A stretch of 64,000 bases of DNA from Mobula hypostoma. Its lineage: Eukaryota. Below are positions 37,639-49,959 of this stretch, piece after piece (positions within the stretch are counted from its first letter, which is position 1; each line of letters begins with the position of its first letter). The stretch is taken from the NCBI RefSeq assembly GCF_963921235.1, contig NC_086097.1, positions 33,916,001 through 33,980,000 on the forward strand, given 5' to 3'. The translations under genes were made by a program, and so were the position numbers. The notes under the pieces are model-generated. The model did not search any database. It was not told the DNA's origin and saw only the letters and a list, made by a program, of their open reading frames with translations.

Positions 37639-38434
37639 TTACAGGACAAGTGTGAGGTATTGCACGTTGGAAGGACGTAGAACATACAGGGTTAATGGTA
37701 AGGCACTGAGGAGTGCAGTGGAACAGAGGGATCTGGGAATACAGATACAAAATTCCCTAAAAGTGTCGTCACAGGTAGATAGGGTCGTAAAGAGAGCTTT
37801 TGGTACATTGACCTTTATTAATCAATGTATTGAGTATAAGAGCTGGAATGTTATGATGAGGTTGTATAAGGCATTGGTGAGGCCGAATCTGGAGTATTGT
37901 GTTCAGATTTGGTCACCAAATTACAGGAAGGATATAAATAAGGTTGAAAGAGTGCAGAGAAGGTTTACAAGGATGTTGCCGGGACTTGAGAAACTCAGTT
38001 ACAGAGAAAGGTTGAATAGGTTAGGACTTTATTCCCTGGAGCGTAGAAGAATGAGGGGAGATTTGATAGAGGTATATAAAATTATGATGGGTATAGATAG
38101 AGTGAATGCAAGCAGGCTTTTTCCACTGAGGCAAGGGGAGAAAAAAACCAGAGGACATGGGTTAAGGTTGAGGGGGGAAAAGTTTAAAGGGAACATTAGG
38201 GGGGGCTTCTTCACACAGAGAGTGGTGGGAGTATGGAATGAGCTGCCAGACGAGGTGGTAAATGCGGGTTCTTTTGTAACATTTAAGAATAAATTGGACA
38301 GATACATGGATGGGAGGTGTATGGAGGGATATGGTCCGTGTGCAGGTCAGTGGGACTAGGCAGAAAATGGTTCGGCACAGCCAAGAAGGGCCAAAAGGCC
38401 TGTTTCTGTGCTGTAGTTTCTATGGTTTCTATGG
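37639..38434 (+). mobile_element. Young CR1 LINE 3' fragment, open to the ORF2 stop
   Basis: Uninterrupted ORF 37652-38359; tail (TTTCTATGG)2. Confidence 0.95.
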
Positions 38435-40334
38435 TGACAAAAGCAGGAAAGTGGGGAAAAAGCTGGAGTATTTGTTAAGGAAGTAATTCACTTTCGATGC
38501 AGTATTGAAGAAAGCTTGGGACAAATTGCGGTTGTTTCTTCATGACACCAGCTGGCATTTATGTTGTTCTTATTTCTGCAGCAATTCCTCTCCACGTACA
38601 TGAAGAGGAGGAAACCTCGACTGGGAGGTAGGCTTTCAAGAAGGTTTTAAAGAGAAAGGTAGGCAGAAAGCTATACAAGTATTGAATAGTGCAAGCCAAA
38701 AGAGATGGAAACCCTGTCATTGAAGATGGTTTGGAGTGAAGGAAAGTGAGAGAGTCTTGACTGAGGGACATAATTACAAGATAATGTGCAGTGATGTAAA
38801 ACTGAGGGCCTCATGGGGATTTCTTCTTGCAGCCACTGGTAAAATCTCTCTAATTCTCCTCTCTGGATGGCTATTGAGGCTAAATCATCAGAGGCTCTTA
38901 AAGAGAAGGCAGATACATTTTTGAAAGAATGTGGAATGAGTGCAGTGGGAAATTGGCACAGAAGAGGAAACAAGGCCTAGGTGAGATCAGCCATGATGGG
39001 AGGATAGATTTGAAGGGCTGAACAGTCTAATACATTTCAAGTTACAGTGAGAATGGCTGTAAACCTATCTCCATATCAATGCAATTGATTGGCGTTTGAC
39101 TGAAAATCCTGACAGGGCCAGTTGAAATCAATGGGAAGCAATCACCCACTTATAATGCAACATATAATGCAAACTGGTTTGGACTTTGGAAATCCTGAGT
39201 ATAGCTGTTCTACTCGGCTACTGACTGTGGTTCCCCTGTGTTCTGCCAGGGTTCTCTATCACTCTCCAATAGAGCAGCGCAACATTGCACAGATCTCCCA
39301 GATCTAGAGATTGGGAAGCTTGCCAACTGAGCCCTGGCACAACTGTAGCAATCCACTGAAATAAATGGAAACAAATGGCGAATTGACCTTTCTATTTGAT
39401 TTAAATTAGTAAGCTCAAATAGATTTAATTGCTGTAATATACAGCATTAATAGTATTTTCATTAACACCTTTCACATGTAAAATGGACACATATTCATAA
39501 ATAAATGTTCTTAAACTATGCTGACTCTGTGGAGCAGAAACACACGGGGATATCTCTTATGGACATGGAAGGCTTGGTCTGGTCAGGTATTTACTAAAGG
39601 CAGATTTCAACTTACATGGGGATAACCAAGATAACTAATGTTCAATTTCGGTGATGCGAAGCTGAATTATTTTGCAAAAGCATTGATTTGAAGAGCTGAT
39701 AAATAATGTAATTAAAATCATTCTATTTTCAACAAGTTATTATTACTAAAGTAATCTGCATTTTTCAGCTGTGTGAATTTGTTCAAATGTTTCAGGTTTT
39801 TCATCAGATGGATACGACCAAATTTATACTTGTAGAGCAATAATGTGCTGGAGGAACTTAGTGAGTTGAGGGTCATCTATAGTGGCAGAGGAATTGCTGA
39901 TGTTTTAGGTCGTAACCTGACATCAACACTACTGGCATCAGCTAGGCCTGCTGAGTTCTTCCAGCAGGTTGTTTGTTGCTCCAGATTCCAACGCCTGCAG
40001 TCTCTTGTGCCATCGTATTTTTAAATATCTTTCAGATGAAAGTCACCTTCTCCTCTGCTTACCATTTACAGAAACTGATCCTGAATAACTTTTCGAGAAA
40101 GAGCCTTACAATGGAAGACTGGCTTCTGTGGGGATTGGAAAGGCAGCTTGATGACAGAGACTTTGCTGCTCTCTCTTCACTGCTCAAAGGAGCTGTCAGC
40201 ACTTTGGCCAAGGGCAATGGGCTTTCAATGAAATGAAACCAATGTAATTAAAGCTGAATGAAATCTAGGAGCTCAGTGTAAACTCAAAAGCTCAAGACAT
40301 ACATGTTTCTAATTTACATATGTCTGTAAGTGGG

Positions 40335-40968
40335 AAGGCACAGTAGTGTGATGGTTAGTCATCAGCGATCCGGGCTTAATTCAGCGCCAGTGGTTACTAG
40401 TTGAGGTTTGATTCCTGCTGCTTTCTGTAAGGGGTTTGTACTTTCACCACACGACCATGTGGGTTTCCTCTTTGTGCATCAGTTTCCTCTCACATTTCGA
40501 AGAGATATGGTTCGGGTTAGTGGCCATGATGGGTTGGCACTGGAAGCATGGCGACACTTGTGGGCTGCCCCCAGCAGAATTCATAGACTGTGTTGGTTGT
40601 TGATGCTAATCAGTACATTTCACTGCTTTAGTGTTTCGACGTACATGTGACAAATAAAGCAGATCTTTAAGATTTCTTTATCTTTAAAAAGTCTTTCCCC
40701 ATCTACTTCCTAGTAACCTATTCTTTCTGCCATGCACAGTGACTTCCCTCAATTCTCTGACCCTAGGGATAATTTACAAGAGTCAATTAGCCTACAAGCC
40801 AGCACCTCCTTGTGATGTGGAAGGAAAGTGGTGCGCCCAGGAAAAACCTGGGAAATCATGGGGAAAAGCTGCAAACACCACACAAGCAGCACCCGAGGTC
40901 AGGATCGAATTGAGGTTGCATGATCTGTGAGGCAGTAAAGCTGCCTGCTGCTTCATTGTGCTAACCTG
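40335..40968. mobile_element. Two degenerate V-SINE copies (about 40335-40660 on +, about 40740-40968 on -)
   Basis: tRNA-like heads and GGGTTTCCTC...GTTTCCTC V-domain remnants. Confidence 0.6.
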
Positions 40969-42712
40969 CTAATGTCAAAATGTTGCAACAGTCAACAGCA
41001 CCATTGGAATGATGAACTGCAGGATAAAACTGTAAGATGCATTTGGAGGAAGGTATGATTAAATCGTACAGTGCTTTGGACAGACTGCACCTTGAGTATC
41101 AAACAAGGACCAATGAAGGGAAGGCATATGAGGCCAGTTCTGTTTGTTAGAGAAGAAAATGCGCATTCCACACAGAGTTGCAGACCAAATGCATCAGGGG
41201 CATTGCTGCTTGCAATGTGAACAGGGGTTGCTGCCAGGGGTAAATTCACCAGGGCTTTTTATTCAATTCAATGTCACGGATGGAAAAGTAAGAGAGGCAA
41301 TTGGTGCACTAAATCTGTATAACTTAATTTTAATGCCAGTAAAAAAAAATCCCCAACAGGAAAACTACTGGCTGTTCAGTAATGCTCAATAGCTGATAAC
41401 CAAAGGTATAAAAAAATCTATCAGGACAATTCCACTGAGGTCAATCCCCAAGTGAGGATCTGTTCTCCCCCCCCCCTCCACCACCGCCCTCCCGGCACCC
41501 CCAACTGCACTCTGACAAAGGGCTCCCTTGAACATGTCTGGGAACTGTTGCGGACAGGGCAGGTAGCCTGTTACTGAAACTTTTGCAGTGCTAAGTGATC
41601 ATTGTTGAGAACACCCACCATGTTTGAAGCTGAGACCCAAGTTCCAAATTCTACCAGATGTCAGTATTTTCCATGTATTCTTCACTAAAAATCTAGCTCG
41701 CTTGTGCAAGACACTCCTTTAAAGTTATCTTCTTGAGGTACACAAGGAAAGCTAAGATGATTAAAAAGAACTAGAATATCTCTCTAAGTAACTCTTCAAG
41801 ATCATGGCAAGAATGTATTTGCTCATATTAGTAGAAAAAGAAAACTGAAGATAGATAGCTAAACACTATGCATGACAGACAGCACAACCATTGCATCTTT
41901 CTGTAATACAAAATGTGCTCAGGAGGAGTTACAGAATTAATTGAACAGTTCCTTTTTCCTCACAGGACCAGAATGCAGGAACTCCATACATACCAACATT
42001 ATGTGGCTACTTTCACCTCAAAATATGCAAATGTTCAAGCTTAATCACTACTATCTTCTCAAAGGCAACTAGAGATGGGCAATGGAATCATAGAACACTA
42101 CAGCACAAAACAGGCCATTCAGCCCATCTAGTCCATGCTGAAATAATAATCTGCACTTGGACCATAGCTTTCTATGCTCCTCCCATCCATGTACCTGTCC
42201 AAAATGTTGAAATCAAACCCAAATCCACCACTTCCACTGGCAGCTCTTTCCACACTCTCACCTCCCTCTGAGTTGAAGACCTTCCCCCTCATATTCGCCT
42301 TAAACAGTTCACCTTTCACTCTTAACCCATAACCTAAAGGATGGTATGCCAATAATGCCCTCTTTCCATAAACACATTAAGACCGATTCACCAGTTCAGG
42401 ACATTCCAAGCTTCTAACTATCTGGTGACTATTACAAAGAACCTGTTCATTCTCAGAAGCAGAAATATATTACCTCTCATTACATGGATTTATCTTCCAC
42501 TTATTTCCGTTGAAGCCATTAAATAGAAGTCTTGGCTTAAACCATTTTACCAGTGATTTCTGTCGAGCTTCTCTTAATTGCCTATTATATATTGATAGAA
42601 AATCCATGTAAAGTCTAGATGAATTGCACAACGTTGTTTGTACTGTAGGTTTTATCTTTAAAGGGACTATGCTATAATGGATATTTAGAGCAGAAGATGC
42701 AGAAATGTAATA

Positions 42713-43401
42713 CAAGTTGAGTACCCCTTATCTGAAGTGCTTGGGACTGGAAGTGTTTCGGATTTTAAAATAAATAATGAGATAGCTTGGGATCATTATC
42801 ACTTCTGACTGAATTTATGTGCTACTTGTAAGCAACCTTTATCTTCCACTTGTTATGTACTGATGCAGCTGTTTAGCATGTTAGATTTCCATCAGCGATG
42901 ATATTGGCAAACCCATCAATTATTTTCTACGCTGTTTCATTATCAACAGATGCTTTGTCGCCACAAGTCTTTAAAAATTTAAAGCCGTGCCAGTTCTTAA
43001 ATTTCTGCAACCGGCTTACGTTCAATTCACAGTTACCTTCAATTTTCAGTTTGGCGTGATAGATCTTTGCTTGCTTCATGATCATCAGACCATTAAGCAT
43101 ACCATTCACCGTTAAGCATACCATTCATCGTTAAGTGTTCAATCCTACGCTGAAGAATCCACTCTTTCTATACACAACCCAGATCTTCATTTTTTGCTTT
43201 ATGCAGTGTTTTTGTATTTTTCTTTAGCTTTTTTTCATTACACTTTTCAGAACTATCTGTGGTGTGCAGAGACCTGCATGTTGCCAGGGAACCTTCCTAG
43301 CGCCTTGTGGGATTTTCCATTTGTGATGTTATGTCAGTGCTCAAAAAAAGATTTCAGAGGTTTTCGGGTTTTGGAATTTCACATAAGGGATACTCAACCT
43401 A
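42713..43401 (-). mobile_element. Tigger4/Zombi-like pogo DNA transposon, internally deleted
   Basis: TIRs CAAGTTGAGTACCCCTTATCTGAA / TTCACATAAGGGATACTCAACCT with TA flanks; ORF 42927-43124 resembles a CENP-B-type HTH transposase remnant (IMKQAKIYH...LQKFKNWHGFK...GDKAS). Confidence 0.85.
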
Positions 43402-43578
43402 TACTTTTGTGCCATCACTGGACTTGCCAAATAATTCTCTTGAGACTGGTAAACATTGGTAAATTGTGATTATCCTTGTATTCATATTTTGTATACTTTA
43501 TAGAATAGCTTTCTTTTTGTCTTTAACATGACCATACAACATATAAATGGAATACATATCTATTGTGCTTATTCTCAC

Positions 43579-43731
43579 CTGGTGGAGAAAATGGTGACAG
43601 GAGCTCTGGCTCATTTTCATCCTTGTTGCCATCTTCTTTTGTATTTATGTCCAGAGGAACATTTCCATTTTCGATACCATCACATTTCTCAGCTGCACTG
43701 ATTTCCTTGTCCACACCATTGGCCGATTGAA
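43579..43731 (-). CDS. SLC24A4: SLC24A4 cytoplasmic-loop exon (153 nt): (V)QSANGVDKEISAAEKCDGIENGNVPLDINTKEDGNKDENEPELLSPFSPP
   Basis: Donor CCAG|gtgaga at 43579. The only usable acceptor is gaccag|TT at 43731, because in-frame TAA/TGA lie just upstream; phase 1/1. The 5' boundary is less certain than the 3'. Confidence 0.85.
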
Positions 43732-46643
43732 CTGGTCATTACACAAGAACAAACTGTATGTAAATCCTAGAAAGCTCAAAGGCCAGCGTATAAAACCGGT
43801 GCCTTAGAGAGACTGCATTGCATGATCTCATTATTTTAAGGTGGAAAATAACAAGGATTAGAACACTTTAGAATCACTCAATAATCATATTTAAGTACAA
43901 CACACATCTTTGTAATGAATTTACTACGTAAAGTGGATTTTTCAGAAGCATAAAATGTCACAATGTGCAACTGAACTTACAGATCTTAAACTATCAAGGT
44001 CTTTGTTTTACCTGCACCTCACGGGTTATGGGGAGGAGATGGTAGTGAGGGAACTATTAGCTGTACACTGGAGTTAAAACAAAATCTATATGAACAAAAT
44101 TTAGTGAATAATTTTGATCAAATTTTACATCCCTCAGTTTCATATCACTATTCATTAGTCAGGCTCACAGGTAAAGATAGCAACTTGGTTGATGCAGAAA
44201 GACTCTGTCTATTTTGTTATTTTCTTGTTTCCATATTGAATACGTTTAGATTAGAGAACTGATACATGTAAACCATGGCCTCCCCCATAGACAAGGTATG
44301 ATGGCAGGCCAACAGGGAGCACTGGAGAACACGGTAAAGATCTCCTTCACCAATGAAATCAACTTAATCCCTCCTGATACATCACAAACCTACTCAGGTT
44401 AAAGGAATCTGAATGGAAGCAAATTGAGGGCAGGGATTAGGCTAAAATGTCTAAAGGGTACCTGAGAAAGAAGCCTTTCACCAGTGGGGTGGTTAGCCTG
44501 ACTGGTGCCAGAGACACATAAACTCCCATAACATTTATGTATTGAACCATGCACTTGAGGGCTACAGACCAGGAGAATTAGTATAGACAGATAACTGTTG
44601 GTTGGCATAGATGTGATAGACTGAATTGCTTCTCTCTGTGCTGGATGGCTCAGTGACTGTCACTAAATCCAAGGCTCACTGAACATTGTGCTGCAGAATT
44701 CCCAGGCACATACCCTAAACTTTCCTGGCAGTATGATACCATCTGATCCTACAAAGCACAACAAGGCTCAATAGTTTCCAGCACAGCATTATGGCCTTTC
44801 AACATCTAAACCCTAATTTTGCAGCTGGGCACTGAACTAATTATAACTGCATGATTAATTTTTAAAAACATTAAATCTGAATTTGGAGCTTGATTATTAA
44901 TATTTAATACTTATTCACTTTCCTGTATAATTTGTTTACCTGTAATGGTTGATTCCTTAGCATTTACAGCTTAGAGCCCGCAAAATTTGTTAATAAGTTA
45001 AAAATTATAAATAAAGCTGTCATCAAAACAACAATGATGCATAAATTCATCTATAATCTCACCAGTCTAGCTTAAGATATCAAGCCATTAAGATATTTAC
45101 TAATTTATTTTCTATATTGCTAATGCTATGGTTAGAGAAGCCACATTATCAGCCTTAGCCATTGTAATGAATTAAAGTTGATTACTGTTATTTGTTATTT
45201 ATTGCAGAAAATATTGTTAATTATGAAAAGCATTTAAAAAGACATAACAGTGTTCAGAAGGTTGTTATGGATGATATCAAGAAATAGGAATCACAGTAAG
45301 GCCAAGCAGACAGACGTTTGATAACGGTTAGTGAGGTAGATGGAGAAGAATTTAAAGATATTAATTGGTGTTCAGCAAAGTGAGCAGAATGAACCACAGT
45401 TGAAAACAAATCTTGCTTAACTTTGGAAGACTTCTGAGTCAATTAAAATGGAATTTAGTCATATTTGGAAATGCTTTACAGAGCCATAGTTATTATTTGA
45501 GTCATCTAATGTAGGTTCCTGATGGCCTATGATTTCAATAATTTACTTTGATCATCACTGATAAGTGATGTTATTTGTTGGAGTGTTCTGGAAAGTGTCC
45601 TTTTTGCTGGAAAGTATGGACAATGGACCTGGTCAAATATTTTATGGGGTGGTTGGGGTAGGAGTGGGGAGGAGGATTTTGTCTGCTGGGCAATAATTTA
45701 ACATATTGCTATTACCATATAGGGGAAGGGGAATGTCCTCATCTGGTTCTGACTCTATCTCCCATTTACCTCTCCCCTAATGATCCCTCCTTTACCTATC
45801 CAATTCCATCTCTGGTAGCCCATTGTATTCCTGTTTATTACCTTCCAGCAGCTGTCTCCAACCTTCGTACTCCCTTCCTCTCACTTTGCAACACCCTCCA
45901 CTCATTTTTGCTTTCCTCCATTTATAGTCCCCCAGTCACTTCCTCCTAATTTCACACCCCTCCTCCCACTACCTGATGCAAGCAGTCTGTCATCTTTCCC
46001 TGCTGCTAGTCCACCTCAGGCTCCTGATGCCCCACTCCCCCTCCCTTTTATACTGGCCATCTCCCCTCTCAGTCCTGATGCAAGTTTCTGTCTTCAAACT
46101 TTGCCTATTTCTTCCCCCCTCACAGATGCTGAGTTCCTTCAGCAGGTTCCTGTGGCTCCGGGTTCCAACATCTGGAGTCTCCTGTGCCTCATGCTTCTGC
46201 TATTCACTTAACTTGACAACTGGGTACGTTCTGCATCAGAATTCTACGAAAAGTGGCTTGGAGTGCGTGACTATAAAGCCATGAACATGGCAACATGGAG
46301 ATAAGTCATTGAGGAAACTTGGCTGCATTGGCTGACGCACAGCACACAAGAGCAGGAAGGGAACACTAGAAATGTTTGCAGTAAGATATTGGTTAGTTCA
46401 CATCTGGACTAGTGTGCACAGCTCTAGTCACTACACACTGCAGAAAGTATATGATAATGCTCAGAGGGGCAGAGGTTTACAAAGATATTGCAGGGTGAGG
46501 GAATTACAATTATGATGAGGCCTAGGCAGGGTGGCATTCATGGCTGCCAGTGAAACTGAGGGTAGAATTAATCAAGGTACAAAAATTATGAGAGATCCAG
46601 AGTGATAAATAATATCTATTTAGCAGTAATGTCAGTAACCAGA

Positions 46644-46843
46644 GGCTGTGGAGGCCAAGTCACTGGGTACATTTAAGGAAGAGGTTGATAGATTTTTGAT
46701 TGGTCATGTCATGAAGCGATATGGGGAGAAGCCAGGAGACAGGGGCTGAGAGAAAAATGAATCAGTTATGATGTAATGGCAGAGCAGACACGAGGGGCCA
46801 AATGACCTAATTCTGCTCCTATGTCTTCTGATCTTGTGGTCTT
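46644..46843 (+). mobile_element. Short CR1 3' fragment flanked by 39-bp direct repeats
   Basis: CR1 3' end (gctgtggaggccaagtc...aattctgctcctatgtc) lies between 46605-46643 and 46844-46882. Confidence 0.8.
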
Positions 46844-47633
46844 ATAAATAATATCTATTTAGCAGTAAGATCGGTAACCAGAAGCCACATAAGATGGTTC
46901 CTGAATGAGGATTTGAAGTATTATCTGCAGAACTATGTGCCAAGAGCCCCAGGCAAGACTAACCGAATGTTTATTTCTGGCTGGAGAGGACACATTGGCC
47001 CTGTGCTGTGCCTTAACTTTCTAAATTCCTATGAAAACCAAAATCAAAATTTTCACCATGAGAGATTTTCTTTGTTTAGGGGAATGGGGGGAGTCAAGGT
47101 TGAAGGAATAAACGCCTTCTGCAGTGATCTGATTCAGCTGTGGCACATTCAGCATGCTAGAAGTCACAAGGTGAGTAAGGTCCAAAGATTTCTCCTGGAT
47201 TCATGCTGGGTTACCACATCACATGTGAACAAGTCGTGTTGTCAGTTGAGGAATGGGCAGAGCGGCACTGGCAGAGGTGGAATCACTTTGTGACTGGCAC
47301 CGTCTCCCAGCAGAGCATCTTCAGGATGAAAAAGCAGCAACACTCACAGCCTTCAGCTTCTCAATACAATCATGCCTAGGAATGCTACTGCTCCTGATCG
47401 TGAAAGAAAAAAAAAATGAAACATTAAGCGTTTGATTCAATTTTTCATCGTCAATGAGGCCCCCCCCCAAAAAAACCTGTTTGACAAAGGTCTATTCTAA
47501 AAAAAAATTCTCTAACAATGAAATTGAAAAGCTATTGACAAAAATGCTCAGAAAATTGTTACCGAATTATTAAAGAGATGCTGAGTGGGGATAAAAGATT
47601 TTTACTGGCCATTCTCTGTCTGGTTAGCCTTAC

Positions 47634-47779
47634 CTTGAGATAACAATGGGAGTGACAGATCATCACAACTACTGAGAGAATCAATATTACCATCCTCCAT
47701 CTCGTTGCCGATCACATTGCCATTTGCCACATCCTTCATCAGCTTGCTCACAAAATAGCTCTGCATCTTGTTATTAAAC
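47634..47779 (-). CDS. SLC24A4: SLC24A4 exon (146 nt): (K)FNNKMQSYFVSKLMKDVANGNVIGNEMEDGNIDSLSSCDDLSLPLLSQ
   Basis: tttgctggcag|G...CAAG|gtaagg; phase 2/1; resembles the start of the NCKX4 large intracellular loop. Confidence 0.9.
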
Positions 47780-49959
47780 CTGCCAGCAAACATCAAACAA
47801 CATGACATTATTGTTGTTGTTTCAATTTGCAGGTGGGATTATTAGAGTCATGGGAGAGTACAGCACACAAAGAGGCCCTTCGGCCCATCTAGCCCATGCC
47901 GAGCCATTTAAACAGCCTACTCCCATTGAGCTGCACTGGGACCATAGCTATTGATGTCAACAAGTATATATTCATATTTGATAGATACGATCAATTCCAG
48001 GCCAAAGACCTGGACACTTATGCAATACTGGTATTGTCAGTGTAGTTTCAGTTCTCTCCCTGTCAATGGAAGGACATAATCCACTCTAGGCTGGTAGAAC
48101 TTAATTTTATTTATTTATAAATACAGTGTGGAACGGGCTCTTCCAGCCCAGCAACCCACCTATTTAACCCTAGCCTAACCAGAGTCCTATTTACAATGAC
48201 CAGTTAACCTACTAACTGGTACATCTTTGAAATGTGGGAGGAAACCGAAGCACCCGGAAATGGTGCAAACATTACACCATTTTAATACACATATTAAGTT
48301 TATCAACTTTTTGGAGTTAAATTCAATCCCTTGTCAACTCAAAAACCACAATCCTCATTAATTCCTGGGCTTGGCAACTCAGACTTACTTGACAGATGTA
48401 GATCCATTCTAAGCACGAGTTGGAAGCCAATCTCTGTGACCGCTAGCCGAGCCAGCAATGAGGCAGAATTTTAGGTTGGGTTTACAATATGTGGCCTGAG
48501 GTCAGGGGGCGAGATGTGGCCATGCAGGGAACTCTTTCCACATGAGGCTGAAGAAATAATACTGTTGCATTTGGCGCAGATAATTAGCGTAGGAAGAAAG
48601 ATTAACATGTAACTTTCTGGGCCTCTTCTGGCTAGATGCAATATTGGCGAGGATGATAACGTCATGGGGTCAATGAAAAATTAATTTTAAAAAACTGTAG
48701 GCACTGGCTATCTGAAAGAAAACCAGAAAATGCTGGAAGCTCCTGGCAGGTCAAGCAACATCCATTTCTCTTTTTGTCATGTTAGAGAGGGTCCTGCTGG
48801 CCTGCTGAATTGGTAGATGCTCTTGTGATTTGATTTGAAGAGAAGGTTCAAGTGGTATCAGATTAGCTCATGGTTGCATATGGCTAGGTATGCAGTCAGG
48901 GGGATTTTACATGCCCATCTGCATTGTTTCCACTGATTGATAGAATTAATAATGCTCTAACAATGGCCTAAATAAGTTTAATAACCTTGCCGCACTCTAT
49001 AAGCATCAACTAGGTTAAATACAATGTCATTTCTCCATCTCATTGTTGATCTATTCTTTATGATTACAAAGATTTTCATAAGTTTCCGTTCAATGCCTCT
49101 CAACATCTGTAACTTTTTTCATGTCATCCTCTTCATCATATGCAAGTCTGCGTCCATTGATAGACTCTGCTCCTTGGAAGAAGCACCAATAAATTCTCAC
49201 TAGTTTAGTCACAGAACAGCTTATTCTTAACTTCCTTCTCTTAAAAAAAACTAGTGAGAAACTACTTATAAAATATAATTTTGTTCCATTAGCCATATGC
49301 CTGTTCCACATTCCCAGTAATCATCTGTTGGCAATGGAGCTGAGATAATAAACACTGACAGATTGGAACTTAAAAATTAGTTTCCTCTAACATAAAGGTT
49401 TTGGCAGGTACTCATTATTTGCCTCCATGGTCATTTTCTCACTTAACGGTCTTGAAACATTGTGGAAAAAATATGATCACATGTTTTAATCTTTCTTTTT
49501 GCAGGGCAAAGAATACAAGGTCAGACAAGGTAAAATGCTGATCCTGTTGATTTGTCCAAAAGTCTGGAGCATTCCAGGCTTGAATAACTGAGCAATGCTT
49601 GTTGAGAAAAAGATTCTTTCACAGTCATGGATATAAGATTCCACTGTCATGACTTCAAGAGGAAAACAAGTCTTACACAATTTTTCTTCATCTTGGAATT
49701 AATTTTCACTTGCATTGACAGCAGAATGAGTAAAGAAAACATTTTCTTTCAATTGCTCTACAAGCATTGCTTGAACAATATGAAAAATGCAATGGTACCC
49801 AATACGTGGGTACGTAACAGGCCAGAGAAAGATAAATAAACACAGGTCATGTTAGATCATTGGAAATAAAGTGGCAAGTCCAAGTAAAATCTTGACATGA
49901 CCTTGCTGAAGATCAGAAAAGATTTTGTAATGCAGTAGTACTTAACCCTTTAATATCCC

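Larger units (their letters stand above)
767..47779 (-). other. SLC24A4: SLC24A4 (NCKX4) K+-dependent Na+/Ca2+ exchanger gene, 3' portion (7 coding exons; 5' exons outside window)
   Basis: Exons splice in frame into the NCKX C-terminal half, including the alpha-2 repeat ([11 protein letters not shown]...GSNVFDIL). Features closer to SLC24A4 than SLC24A3: FNNKMQ..ANGN, D.S.PLL.Q, SANGV, IENGNVP, LSPFS, AVSNT, INSRGLVYSVILLLGSVALT. Confidence 0.9.

Noticed and set aside
48388..48436. Possible small upstream SLC24A4 exon (cag...|gtaagt)
   Set aside because: No frame resembles the expected WE.LVLI..Y..YILIMK segment, and the phase-compatible frame has a stop.
49090..49172. Exon-like peptide GAESINGRRLAYDEEDDMKKVTDVERH* as an alternative terminal exon
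   Set aside because: Weak AAG acceptor, needs phase 1 whereas this intron is phase 2, and no recognisable homology.
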